Virus record (IMG/VR): IMGVR_UViG_2974671799_000001
Location: 128,001 to 192,000 of that record
DNA: 64,000 nucleotides
Reading direction: 5' to 3' (one strand)
Source: a virus
Taxonomy: Duplodnaviria; Caudoviricetes
Shown here: positions 49,913 to 59,585 of the stretch, one piece after another
Layout: the number at the start of each line of letters is the position of its first letter
Position numbering within the stretch: position 1 is the stretch's first letter
Notes under the pieces: generated by a model
The model's database searches: none
Told to the model about the DNA's origin: nothing
Seen by the model: the letters and a program-made list of their open reading frames with translations, nothing else
Translations under genes and position numbers: made by a program

Positions 49913-50895
49913 TGAGAACAAAAGAAGAAATAAAGTTAGCTGAATTAACACTTCAAAAGTGTTTAGAAAATGTTCAACGATTTAGTATGTTTGGTGATGA
50001 TAATCATGAACAAATTAATGCAGGTCTTAGGATTTTGCGCGACCCTTCACCAATGTATAAACTTGATGAAGAGCTTACATATTATGAAGATGAAATTGAT
50101 GATATGGCAACAGCAACTTTCATACTTTCGTTAGGTGAATGGTTTGATGGAAATGAGGAACTTGTTGATATTATTTGGGGTGAAGAAAATTTAGTAACTT
50201 CATTAGAAGATGAACCAAAAAATAAAGTTCCAGTTGTTTGTGTTAAGTTGTGTAAAGATTGTCCGTTCTCAAAAACATCTTTAAAAGGATTTTTAGCTGA
50301 TTATGAAGTAGATGATTTCACTAGAATGATGAGTGCAAATTTTTCATTCCCATGTCATAAAAACGTTAAAGATGATATGACTTTAGAAGCTGTTCAACAA
50401 AAGATTAACAATTCCGAAATGTTTCATTGTAGAGGTTATATTGAATCATTCATAAAATCGGGTAGAACTGGGTATGGTAATCCAAAGTTACAGGAAGCAA
50501 TAGATGAGGTTAAGAAGCAAGGTCTTAGTGATAATTCAATGTCTGATTATGAGTTCAAATATCACCACGATTATATTTATATGGTTGATACTTGTATCAA
50601 GAAAGAAACAGATTTTACACTATTCTCAGAATCTGTTTATAAATCATATTCACCAAAATCTTTTTCAATTGATGAAGTTGCTGAGAGATTACAAAAGATT
50701 TGTTTAAAAGGTCATGGACTAGAGATTATGGGTGAAGTTCGTCATTATATTAGTGGGAGTTTTTACAATAGATGTATTGGTGAACAGGATTATAAAAGTA
50801 TTATTAGGAAATTTCATAAAGGATGTGTAAATCTTAACATTGATGAAATTTATGAATTAAGTATTAATACTTTAAAATTAGCAAAATATGAATAA
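49912..50895 (+). CDS. Hypothetical protein with central Cys/His metal-binding motif
   Basis: CKDCPF..FPCHK..HCRG. Confidence 0.65.
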   Translation: MRTKEEIKLAELTLQKCLENVQRFSMFGDDNHEQINAGLRILRDPSPMYKLDEELTYYEDEIDDMATATFILSLGEWFDGNEELVDIIWGEENLVTSLEDEPKNKVPVVCVKLCKDCPFSKTSLKGFLADYEVDDFTRMMSANFSFPCHKNVKDDMTLEAVQQKINNSEMFHCRGYIESFIKSGRTGYGNPKLQEAIDEVKKQGLSDNSMSDYEFKYHHDYIYMVDTCIKKETDFTLFSESVYKSYSPKSFSIDEVAERLQKICLKGHGLEIMGEVRHYISGSFYNRCIGEQDYKSIIRKFHKGCVNLNIDEIYELSINTLKLAKYE

Positions 50896-50913
50896 CAATT
50901 AAGTAAATAAAAT

Positions 50914-51258
50914 ATGGAAAAAACATTATTTCAGAGAGTAAGACAGAATTTAATAAATAGTGGTCTTTTAAAAGAGGAATCAACACATTTAGAAATAGAA
51001 GCATTGGTTGTATCTATTCTAGATACAACATCTAACCCAAGCGGATTATCAGAAGCTGTTCAATTAGAACGTATGGTTAATGATAGAAAAATGCCTCATG
51101 ATAAAAAGTTTGAACATAATAATTATACATTGGATGATATGTTTAATATGGTTAATTATGGTCATGATTATGTTCTTAAATGTCAAACAAAAGGGTTTGT
51201 TCCGAAAGGAAATATTCTGCAACATATTGAATATTTAGAGTCTAAGAAAGACGATTAA
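50914..51258 (+). CDS. Hypothetical protein
   Basis: 114 aa ORF. Confidence 0.6.
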   Translation: MEKTLFQRVRQNLINSGLLKEESTHLEIEALVVSILDTTSNPSGLSEAVQLERMVNDRKMPHDKKFEHNNYTLDDMFNMVNYGHDYVLKCQTKGFVPKGNILQHIEYLESKKDD

Positions 51259-51415
51259 TTATATCTTTTTACATATAATTTTAATAAAAATCCTGAAACT
51301 ATACTTTTTTGCATATAGTTTCAGGATTTTTGAGTTAGAACAATATATATAATAAACAATTTTTATTCATTAGAGACTGGATTTAAACAAGTCTTTATTT
51401 TTAATTTACACTTAT

Positions 51416-51862
51416 ATGAGAATAGAACAATATTTAACAGAATGTTTGGTTACAGAATCAATGGCATCAAATAACGCATCAGTAAAAATAGAGAAACTTT
51501 TAAAAACACTTAATTTAAACCATGATAAAGGTGGTTTTGAACCATTCGGAAAAGATGGAAAGGCTATGTTTTTAACTGTTATGAAGGAAGTAATTAATGG
51601 AGTTTTTGATGATATAAATTATTCAGATTTGAAAGATTTGAATAAAGGACTATTCGGAAAAGATTCTACAAAAATAGAAGATGCTAAGAATAAAAATTTC
51701 ATGAAAAAAGCAGTTCTGATTGACTCTGAAATCCAAAAAGTTGTACATTCTATATCAAAAATTGTTAAGTGGGATGCTGTAGTTTTTGTAGAGGCTATGA
51801 ATCAATACTTACAAAGCCAAGGATTTAATTTAAAATTAATACACGAAAAACAAGATAAATAA
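51416..51862 (+). CDS. Probable internal head protein
   Basis: Leader MRIEQYLTECLVTES; late-type AACAATATATA at 51339-51349. Confidence 0.55.
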   Translation: MRIEQYLTECLVTESMASNNASVKIEKLLKTLNLNHDKGGFEPFGKDGKAMFLTVMKEVINGVFDDINYSDLKDLNKGLFGKDSTKIEDAKNKNFMKKAVLIDSEIQKVVHSISKIVKWDAVVFVEAMNQYLQSQGFNLKLIHEKQDK

Positions 51863-52485
51863 TGAAAAGTATTTTAGAATATGTTACCGAGTCTAGAAAT
51901 AAAACGGTAAAAGCAGATTTAGGACACTCTAATATGGGTGGTTGGGATTCTATTTATAACAAATCGAAAATGGAAAATGGTGATTATCAATATGTTGCAT
52001 TGATTTCACCTACTACTGGTGAGATTAATTGGCGTGGTGTTTTCAAAGATACCGAGGGTAAGAATTTGGATAAAGCGTCATATGATTATATCATGAAGGT
52101 TTCAAACAAATATGCTAAGAAAAACAAGAACTTAAAGAAAGTTGAGAAGAGGGTTAAGGATATTTTCAAGGCTAAGAAGCCTGTAAAAGTTCAATATCCC
52201 GAAGGGAAGGTTAAGGATGCTGTTATCGATAATGGTCGATTAGTTTTTATTGAAAATGGTATTGGTTTGTTTTCTCATTCAATTAATGATGTTATTGAAC
52301 TTGTTGCTAAAAAATCTTACGATATAGTTGAGTCTGTTAATGAATCAAAAGAAACAGATTTTGTTGTGGGTCAACCATTTATGTATGGCAATTTCGCAAC
52401 AACTGTTGTTAGTGTTACAGAAACAACAGTTGAATTAGATGCAGATGGTGAGATTTTCGAAGCTAAAATCGAAGATTTATTTTAA
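51862..52485 (+). CDS. Probable internal head protein, two modules
   Basis: Leader MKSILEYVTES; internal IVESVNES before a small C-terminal barrel-like module. Confidence 0.55.
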   Translation: MKSILEYVTESRNKTVKADLGHSNMGGWDSIYNKSKMENGDYQYVALISPTTGEINWRGVFKDTEGKNLDKASYDYIMKVSNKYAKKNKNLKKVEKRVKDIFKAKKPVKVQYPEGKVKDAVIDNGRLVFIENGIGLFSHSINDVIELVAKKSYDIVESVNESKETDFVVGQPFMYGNFATTVVSVTETTVELDADGEIFEAKIEDLF

Positions 52486-52541
52486 TAACTAATTTTTAAT
52501 ACTTATATTTGATGAGTATTAAATAAGAATAAAAATTTATA

Positions 52542-53660
52542 ATGAAAGTAGGTAAACAAGCAAAGGATTTATCGGCAAAAGTAGGGTCGAAAATTGGAAA
52601 TATTACAAATGCAGAATCCGCATTAAAAAAGTTAAAAAAAGAACGTAAAGATACAATTTTAGGATATGCTAAACAGTATATCGATAAAATAAATGAAAAT
52701 CAGTATGTTAAGGCTAAATTAGATGTACATGAGCAAGATTATACAAGAATGTATATTGATATCGATAATAGTGGTTATGGTGGTGCTATTATAATGAATC
52801 ACGGTTATTCATCTATTGATATGGGTGATGTATTCAGAACAGTTGTAAATGTTAGTCTTTCGGGATATTCTAAAGAGGTTATAGACCCAATAATCGAATA
52901 CCCTATATATGGAGAAAAGAAAGTTTCTAATGAGAAAATGGGAGCTACATTAGAAAAGGTTTCAATAATCGCAAAAGAATTATCACAATTATATTGGATT
53001 ATGAACGGTTTCATTCTTTATAAAGAGGTTGAGAAAGAAGTAAAACAATTAGATAAAGAAATTGAAAATATCGAAAGTTTAGCAACATCAAACCCATATG
53101 TTGAACAATATGGTTTAGCAGAGGTTGTAGCTAATGAAGCTATAGCACACGCATTCAAACAAAAGAATTTCAAATTCCAACCTAAGAAATTTAGTGATTT
53201 AGTAAAAGATATCAAGAAAAATAAAGGATTCTATTTTACCCAAGGTGGTAATGGTAGTGGTGATATGTTCGGTTTATCTTGGCGTTATAACTCTATGGGT
53301 GATAATCAATCAGCTTGGGAACAAATGGTTATGGATATTGTAAATGTTGATACTCGTTTAAGTGAAGGTGATGTTATTTTACCAGTATTTGTAGAAAAAG
53401 GTGGTTTATACTCTGATATGATGAGTGAATTTAAAATCGAATCTAAAGGAAAAAACTTCAAAGGTGTTGCTAAATCTGCTTCTAGTGATGAAGTTAAATT
53501 ATCTAAAAAGTTATTATCAGCAAAGCCTAGAAAAGAAGTTTATTTATCTTCAACTAAAAACGATGTTTCAGATGTTTTCATACATAAAGGAGCATTCATT
53601 CTTTTATTAGCGTTATTCACTAATGAAATGGACGAATATAAAAAACTTTTCATTAACTAA
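52542..53660 (+). CDS. Hypothetical protein
   Basis: 372 aa after TATATTTG at 52504-52511. Confidence 0.7.
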   Translation: MKVGKQAKDLSAKVGSKIGNITNAESALKKLKKERKDTILGYAKQYIDKINENQYVKAKLDVHEQDYTRMYIDIDNSGYGGAIIMNHGYSSIDMGDVFRTVVNVSLSGYSKEVIDPIIEYPIYGEKKVSNEKMGATLEKVSIIAKELSQLYWIMNGFILYKEVEKEVKQLDKEIENIESLATSNPYVEQYGLAEVVANEAIAHAFKQKNFKFQPKKFSDLVKDIKKNKGFYFTQGGNGSGDMFGLSWRYNSMGDNQSAWEQMVMDIVNVDTRLSEGDVILPVFVEKGGLYSDMMSEFKIESKGKNFKGVAKSASSDEVKLSKKLLSAKPRKEVYLSSTKNDVSDVFIHKGAFILLLALFTNEMDEYKKLFIN

Positions 53661-53794
53661 AAGAAAAATTTTTATAAATTATACTATAAAAAAGACCAAA
53701 ATTCGAAAGAGTTTTGGTCTTTTTTATTATCAGATTTAACAGATATTTGGCTAATTTTCGTCTTAAACATAATTTTATTAATTTTATTCATAAT

Positions 53795-54203
53795 ATACTG
53801 ATTATCAATATTCTACACTTTTTATTTTTGTACTTAAAATAAATGTTAAAAATTTTGTTAAAAATGTTAAAATTACATACGTAAAATATTCGACATGACA
53901 AATTTTTTAACATTTTCGATTACAATTTTAAGTAACTGATTTACAACGTTTTATAAGAATTTAACAAATTTATGAATTTTGTTAAATTTTAAACAATTAC
54001 ACCCGAAAAATTTTCGACATATACAAACCTTGCTGTAGAGACAATATTTTAACAAATTCTTTGAAAGATTCTCAATAAAACGAATTTTTCGTTTAAAGAA
54101 AATCAGTAAAAATGTACCTAGGTGCATTTTCTTTTATATATTATAAATACAAATAAAATAAATAAAAGCGCGCGGAGAGAGGTTTAAAAAATTCTTATAA
54201 AAA
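53795..54203. repeat. ~410 bp non-coding repeat, copy 2
   Basis: Direct-orientation homologue of 10883-11290. Confidence 0.9.
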
Positions 54204-54287
54204 TTGTAATTAAAAATTTTGTTTTGAAAACATTTTGTTCTTTAAAATATTAATCTTTATATTTGCTAAAATTTTAAATTTTATATT

Positions 54288-54647
54288 ATGGAAAGTAATC
54301 AGACAGAAATTGTTGTTGTATCTGCTTCATTAGGTAGTGGTAAAAAATGGGTCGGTGGTATCGAATATAAACAAAAAGTGAAAAACGTTGTTGAGAAATC
54401 TAAATGTTATGATACTATTGAACAAAACAAAAGTAAACGTTACAGGAAGTCTGAAATGAATAAGATTAAAACAAATCTTAACGGTACACTTTCAGAAGAC
54501 GGGTCATTAGTCGCATATCATATGATTGTTTTAAACAATAAAGAGGATATTGAAAATGCAGAAAATGTTTTAAAAGATAGGATTGAACAACACGTTATAA
54601 ATATTTATGAACGTGCTAAAGAATTAATGAGAAATTTAGAAAGTTAA
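54288..54647 (+). CDS. Hypothetical protein
   Basis: After TATATTTG at 54258-54265. Confidence 0.65.
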   Translation: MESNQTEIVVVSASLGSGKKWVGGIEYKQKVKNVVEKSKCYDTIEQNKSKRYRKSEMNKIKTNLNGTLSEDGSLVAYHMIVLNNKEDIENAENVLKDRIEQHVINIYERAKELMRNLES

Positions 54648-54740
54648 AATAACTAGTTTTAAGAGACTTTTTAATATATACTTAGTATATTTATATAGAA
54701 TATATATAAAAGTCTCTTAAAACCACTTAAAAATAAGTTT

Positions 54741-55271
54741 ATGGCGACATTTAAGGCTATTGTAGCTACAGCAAGAAATAATATTATTGGAAATGGTGAA
54801 AAAATGGGTTGGAATATACCCGAAGAGTTGGAGTATTTCAAACAAGTTACACAAGGTTCAATAATTATAATGGGTCGAAAAACATTTGAATCAATTGGTT
54901 GTAGGTTATTGCCGAATAGGAAGACTATCGTAATTACTCGTGAGAATGGGTATAAGAATCGTCTTTTGAGTGAAGGTAGGATAAGCAAAAATGATTATGA
55001 TAATTTACTATTAGTCACAAGTTATCGCGATGTGATTATACGTGTTTCATTATTCAATACACAAACTGATGTTTTTGTTGTTGGTGGTGGTGAAATTTAT
55101 AAAATGTTTGAGTATCTTTATGATGAAATTTATGTGAGTCGTATTGATATGGATATTGAAGGTGATGTTACTTTCGATATTGATTTAAAGCACTATTCTA
55201 TGGATATAGTTAGAGAACCTATTATGAAGAATGGTAAAGAATTAGTTAAATTTGAAAGATATAGATTATGA
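54741..55271 (+). CDS. folA: Dihydrofolate reductase
   Basis: IVA..N.IIG..MGW.IPEEL.YFK..T..IMGRKTFESIG.RLLPNR..VVGGGEIY..GDVTF. Confidence 0.92.
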   Translation: MATFKAIVATARNNIIGNGEKMGWNIPEELEYFKQVTQGSIIIMGRKTFESIGCRLLPNRKTIVITRENGYKNRLLSEGRISKNDYDNLLLVTSYRDVIIRVSLFNTQTDVFVVGGGEIYKMFEYLYDEIYVSRIDMDIEGDVTFDIDLKHYSMDIVREPIMKNGKELVKFERYRL

Positions 55272-55651
55272 AATTAGAAGATTATCAAAATAAGTTTAAG
55301 GAGCTTAAAGATATTGAGTTTGAGGAATTAGAAATTCCAAAAGGTGAAACACTTGAAAAGTTTTTAAAACAACATAAAATAGATGATGATTATGAGATAA
55401 CACTATGTCATATATTCAAAAAAGATATCAAAAGATTTGATTACTTTTACAATGTCTATGTGAAGGATTGTCAGAGAAAAATTTACAGAACATTGAATGA
55501 TGATACTAAGTTACATCAACAAGTGTTTGGTGTTCCTCATGTGTATGTTAGAGAGGAAGATAAATTTTATAGAATACCAAATTCTATACTTCATAATGAT
55601 GTAGAATCGGACTTGATAATTGAGAAGATAGAGGAAAATTGGTTAAATTAA
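55268..55651 (+). CDS. Hypothetical protein
   Basis: ATGA overlap with DHFR. Confidence 0.65.
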   Translation: MKLEDYQNKFKELKDIEFEELEIPKGETLEKFLKQHKIDDDYEITLCHIFKKDIKRFDYFYNVYVKDCQRKIYRTLNDDTKLHQQVFGVPHVYVREEDKFYRIPNSILHNDVESDLIIEKIEENWLN

Positions 55652-55733
55652 TAAAAAATCCGTTTCACATTTGGTGGAATGGATTTTTTGTTTTAGATTT
55701 GTGTTATAATTAAAAAACTTAAAAACTATTATA

Positions 55734-56336
55734 ATGGAAAGTAATTTATTCGAAACTAGAAGAAAAGAAGTATTGGGAACTGTTGATTATGAATTGAAAG
55801 AACCATTTAGAACCCCAGTTAATTTAGAAATTGTTAAAAAAGGAACTGATTTTTTTGCTTCACTTTTTGAAGAAAAAGAAATTAAAAAAGCTATAAATAG
55901 GATATATTCAATGTATGAATTTTCCGAAAATATGATGGTAAAGGATGTAAACCTAATTCCTGCTAGGTCTGTTTTAAAACATAATACAGAATACAATTAT
56001 TATAAACAATCTTTATCTTACATTTTTTCATGGTTATTAATCAGAATTGGTGAAGGAACAATGAAAAATGAAAGTGAAACAATCCAAAGATTTAAAAACT
56101 ATATTGAGTTCAGAAAGAATAAAATAATAAGTGAAATGATTGAAAGAACACCATCATTTAACTCAACTTGTGTTATGTCTAACATGAAAGAGATTTATGA
56201 AAATGAGGCTAGAGCATATATGTTAAGAAATATATTCTTACCTATTTCAAATTCTTTAAACGGTAAGATTGGTGATACTACATCTTCTATAAGTGTTGGA
56301 TTTCCTACATCAAATTTTAATAATAAAAATTGTTAA
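55734..56336 (+). CDS. Hypothetical protein
   Basis: After TAGATTTG at 55694-55701. Confidence 0.65.
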   Translation: MESNLFETRRKEVLGTVDYELKEPFRTPVNLEIVKKGTDFFASLFEEKEIKKAINRIYSMYEFSENMMVKDVNLIPARSVLKHNTEYNYYKQSLSYIFSWLLIRIGEGTMKNESETIQRFKNYIEFRKNKIISEMIERTPSFNSTCVMSNMKEIYENEARAYMLRNIFLPISNSLNGKIGDTTSSISVGFPTSNFNNKNC

Positions 56337-56338
56337 TC

Positions 56339-56611
56339 ATGAGTGAAGTAATTAAAGGTTTAGTTCCTGATTATAAAGATTTTGATTTTAATGTTTTATA
56401 TTGTGCTAAAATAAAACACAATTCGATTCACATTAATTATTCTTTGATGGGTGAATTTTTGAAGTTCTATAATGAGAATAAAAAGGATGATGAAGTTTTG
56501 GTACAGAGTAAGGGTGTTTATGATACTGGTGTTAAACAAGTTATTGTACTTTGGTCTTCCGAAGGCACTTATTTAAAATTCAAAGATGAGGTTTTAAAGA
56601 AATATAGTTAA
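56339..56611 (+). CDS. Hypothetical protein
   Basis: ATG 56339 just after the upstream stop. Confidence 0.6.
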   Translation: MSEVIKGLVPDYKDFDFNVLYCAKIKHNSIHINYSLMGEFLKFYNENKKDDEVLVQSKGVYDTGVKQVIVLWSSEGTYLKFKDEVLKKYS

Positions 56612-56717
56612 ATCATATAAAATAAATTTTGTAGAAAAAGCCGAGATATTTTTTAGTATCTCGGCTTTTTTGATTAGTTTTGTGTAAAACAATTACAAAA
56701 TGTAAAACAATAGAACA

Positions 56718-57182
56718 ATGTTAAAAGAACTTTATGATGCTGTCATAAAACAGCCGTTCGATGAAGAACGTTATAGCCCACAACCTAAATCAAAACTAAA
56801 AGGATTTGATGTTAGGATTATAAGTAAAAGAGAAAAAATATCCAAAATACCTAGATTAATATTAAGTGTTGATATGGGAAGAGCTATCCCAAATGAGGGT
56901 AGTATAATAGTTGCTGAGGAAATTGGTGATATTTATCAAAATAAAAAGACTGTTTTAGTAGAAAATATTCATTGGATTTTCAATATTGAAATAAAACTAC
57001 CTTTGATTTATAATTATGATAGTTTATTAAATCTAGAACGTTTAGAAAATATTGATGAATTTTTATATATCGATGTTGATGCTTTGAAATTGGAATTGGA
57101 ACATAAATTTTCTATTTTAAGGAAAACAGTTAGCTATTATAATGAAGATTTTAAATATAAAAGAAATCTTTTTGGTTGGTAA
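56718..57182 (+). CDS. Hypothetical protein
   Basis: After TAGTTTTG at 56675-56682. Confidence 0.6.
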   Translation: MLKELYDAVIKQPFDEERYSPQPKSKLKGFDVRIISKREKISKIPRLILSVDMGRAIPNEGSIIVAEEIGDIYQNKKTVLVENIHWIFNIEIKLPLIYNYDSLLNLERLENIDEFLYIDVDALKLELEHKFSILRKTVSYYNEDFKYKRNLFGW

Positions 57183-57316
57183 TCAGATGTTTAAAAAATA
57201 TTTTTAAAATTTTAATAAAATTTTCATTGTATAACTAAAAAAAGTTGTATATTTGAAGTGTCTAAAGTGACAAACATTTAAAAACATAAAAACAAAACAT
57301 TTTTAAAATTAGAATC

Positions 57317-57463
57317 ATGGCAAAATTAAGTCAAAAACAAAGAGAGCAAAGAGGTCAAAACGGATTAGTAACAAAAAATGCTACTAAGAAGTTGAAGAGA
57401 AAATCTTTAAACAAGACACCAAAGGTGTCAAAGAAAGTTGACTTTAGAGAATTAGATATTTAA
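57317..57463 (+). CDS. Small Lys/Arg-rich protein (48 aa) missing from the ORF track
   Basis: MAKLSQKQREQRGQNGLVTKNATKKLKRKSLNKTPKVSKKVDFRELDI; promoter TATATTTG at 57248-57255; fills the gap before 57468. Confidence 0.7.
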   Translation: MAKLSQKQREQRGQNGLVTKNATKKLKRKSLNKTPKVSKKVDFRELDI

Positions 57464-57467
57464 TACT

Positions 57468-58130
57468 ATGAAGATTGTAGTAGAATATAAGGTAATGCTT
57501 CGTGGTGCAGAAGAGGTTTCAAAGTTAACTGAAACTCATTTGCTTTCCGAAGCATTATCTGATAAAGAAAGAACCTTAATCGTTAAAGACCAAAATGGCG
57601 GTGAAGACTTCGAATTGAAATCAGACTATAGTATAGCAGACCAATTCGAGGACTATTTAGATGAGACGGATTTATCAGATTGGATGGATAGTAATGATGT
57701 TTCAATTATAATTAACTATAAGGTTTTAGAGGTTATTCAAGATGGTGATTCTCGCGATTTACCAACAATTCAAAGTGACATGGAATTGCGTGAAATGAAA
57801 CAATCAACTGAATCATTTGAATTTGGGCTATATTATTTATACTCGAAAGGTGTTATAACAAATAAAAAGTTGATTTTAGATTGCATGGCTGTTTATTCAA
57901 AAATGTATGATAGTATAAAAGATTTGAAGACTCATAAACAAATAGATATAGTTTTAAAGGCGACAGGTGTTGCATACGACTCTGCATCAAATGCTTATCA
58001 ACATATGACTAACATACTTAAATCATCAAATTCTGATGAAATGAAAGAACTTATAAAATCATGTGACGATGATGAAGATATTTTAAGATTAAAACAAGAG
58101 TTTAATAAAAAACAAAGAGAAAATGAATAA
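57468..58130 (+). CDS. Hypothetical protein
   Basis: 220 aa ORF. Confidence 0.65.
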   Translation: MKIVVEYKVMLRGAEEVSKLTETHLLSEALSDKERTLIVKDQNGGEDFELKSDYSIADQFEDYLDETDLSDWMDSNDVSIIINYKVLEVIQDGDSRDLPTIQSDMELREMKQSTESFEFGLYYLYSKGVITNKKLILDCMAVYSKMYDSIKDLKTHKQIDIVLKATGVAYDSASNAYQHMTNILKSSNSDEMKELIKSCDDDEDILRLKQEFNKKQRENE

Positions 58131-58614
58131 TTTAGACCATATAGTACCCGAAATTTTAGCAAATTCTATTAGTAAAGTATTGACTAGAAACACTAAAATA
58201 AGACCTTTTAGAGTTTTAATTTTCAAAGATGATATTACTGAATTTCATATCAAAAAATACGATTACACTATAGTATTAGCTTCAATGGATTATAAAGAGT
58301 TCAAAAGCGGTATTGGATTTTTTGGTAATCAAGATTTCGATAGACAAGCTATGAAGTTAAATAAAACTCCTGAAAACTACTATGAGACTTTCAGAAAAGA
58401 ATCATGTTTACAAATAGCATTATCGGTTTCTAATAAAATAGAAGATATATTAACAAGTATTTTTTCTACTTCTATTGATATTGATACAATTAAAGGTACT
58501 GAGAATATATTAACAAATTGTGTATTGAAGGGTGAAAATTTAACACCACATATTGTAATAGGTGTTGAATTAAGTGATATTAAGTCTCCTGAATCTGTAT
58601 TAATTGTACACTAA
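58123..58614 (+). CDS. Hypothetical protein
   Basis: 163 aa ORF. Confidence 0.6.
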   Translation: MNNLDHIVPEILANSISKVLTRNTKIRPFRVLIFKDDITEFHIKKYDYTIVLASMDYKEFKSGIGFFGNQDFDRQAMKLNKTPENYYETFRKESCLQIALSVSNKIEDILTSIFSTSIDIDTIKGTENILTNCVLKGENLTPHIVIGVELSDIKSPESVLIVH

Positions 58615-58662
58615 TTTATTGAATAATAACAGTCATAACTTAAAAATTTAAAAACTTAAAAA

Positions 58663-59202
58663 ATGTACACATACGACAAAGATTATAAAAGTGATATTGT
58701 ATCACAAATGGCTTATAATAGAACTTATATGAAGTTCGTAACTTTAGTTTTTGATGAAAAATGTCTTCCAATCATTATAAAGACTGATTTATCTAGGAGT
58801 TCTTTTGAAGAAATAATTGTTTGGGTAGAAAACATTGAGTGTGATATAATGTATTTCAATGGTAAACTTATAAAAATAAACGAAGATGCTATTAAACTAA
58901 AAGGTGTTGATTTCGAAGATTTAGAAAGACTTTTCCCTGATTTATTATCTGAAATGTTTCCTAATATCAATGATTTCATAGTTTATTACAAGTATGAAAA
59001 TTACTATAAAATCATGAACAAAACCCAAGAAGATATTTTCTTTGATGTTATGAAGATTTCACCAAAATCATATAGAATTATTCAACACACTCCATATGAC
59101 CAACCAACAGTTATAGTGATTGGTGGTAAAAATTACTTGACTAGAGAGCAAGTTGAAGAGTATTTGAAAATTGATTTAGATATGGTTTCTGTACATCTTT
59201 AA
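58663..59202 (+). CDS. Hypothetical protein
   Basis: 179 aa ORF. Confidence 0.6.
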   Translation: MYTYDKDYKSDIVSQMAYNRTYMKFVTLVFDEKCLPIIIKTDLSRSSFEEIIVWVENIECDIMYFNGKLIKINEDAIKLKGVDFEDLERLFPDLLSEMFPNINDFIVYYKYENYYKIMNKTQEDIFFDVMKISPKSYRIIQHTPYDQPTVIVIGGKNYLTREQVEEYLKIDLDMVSVHL

Positions 59203-59282
59203 AATTATTTTATATTTTATTTTTATTGTTTATAAAAAAGAATTATCTTTGATGTATCGAAAGATATTTAAAAACAATAAAA

Positions 59283-59516
59283 ATGAAATTAGTACACACA
59301 AAATTAAGAAAGTCATTAAAAGAATTATCTAGAACAACTGAATCTTATTTAGTTTTAACATCGATAAAACAATTTTTGATGGGGTATAGTAACTCGATTT
59401 TAGCTATTGAAAACAATATTTCGAGTTATATTAATGATTTAACATTAGAAGAGCTTTTACCTGAGTTTAAAAGAGTGGAGATTCTTAATACTGAAAGAAG
59501 AAGCGCGAAATTATAA
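59283..59516 (+). CDS. Hypothetical protein
   Basis: After TATCTTTG at 59244-59251. Confidence 0.6.
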   Translation: MKLVHTKLRKSLKELSRTTESYLVLTSIKQFLMGYSNSILAIENNISSYINDLTLEELLPEFKRVEILNTERRSAKL

Positions 59517-59585
59517 AAATTTCCATCTGAATTATTGTCAGATGGAAATTTTGTTGTATATTAGCACTATAAAAATTAAACAACA

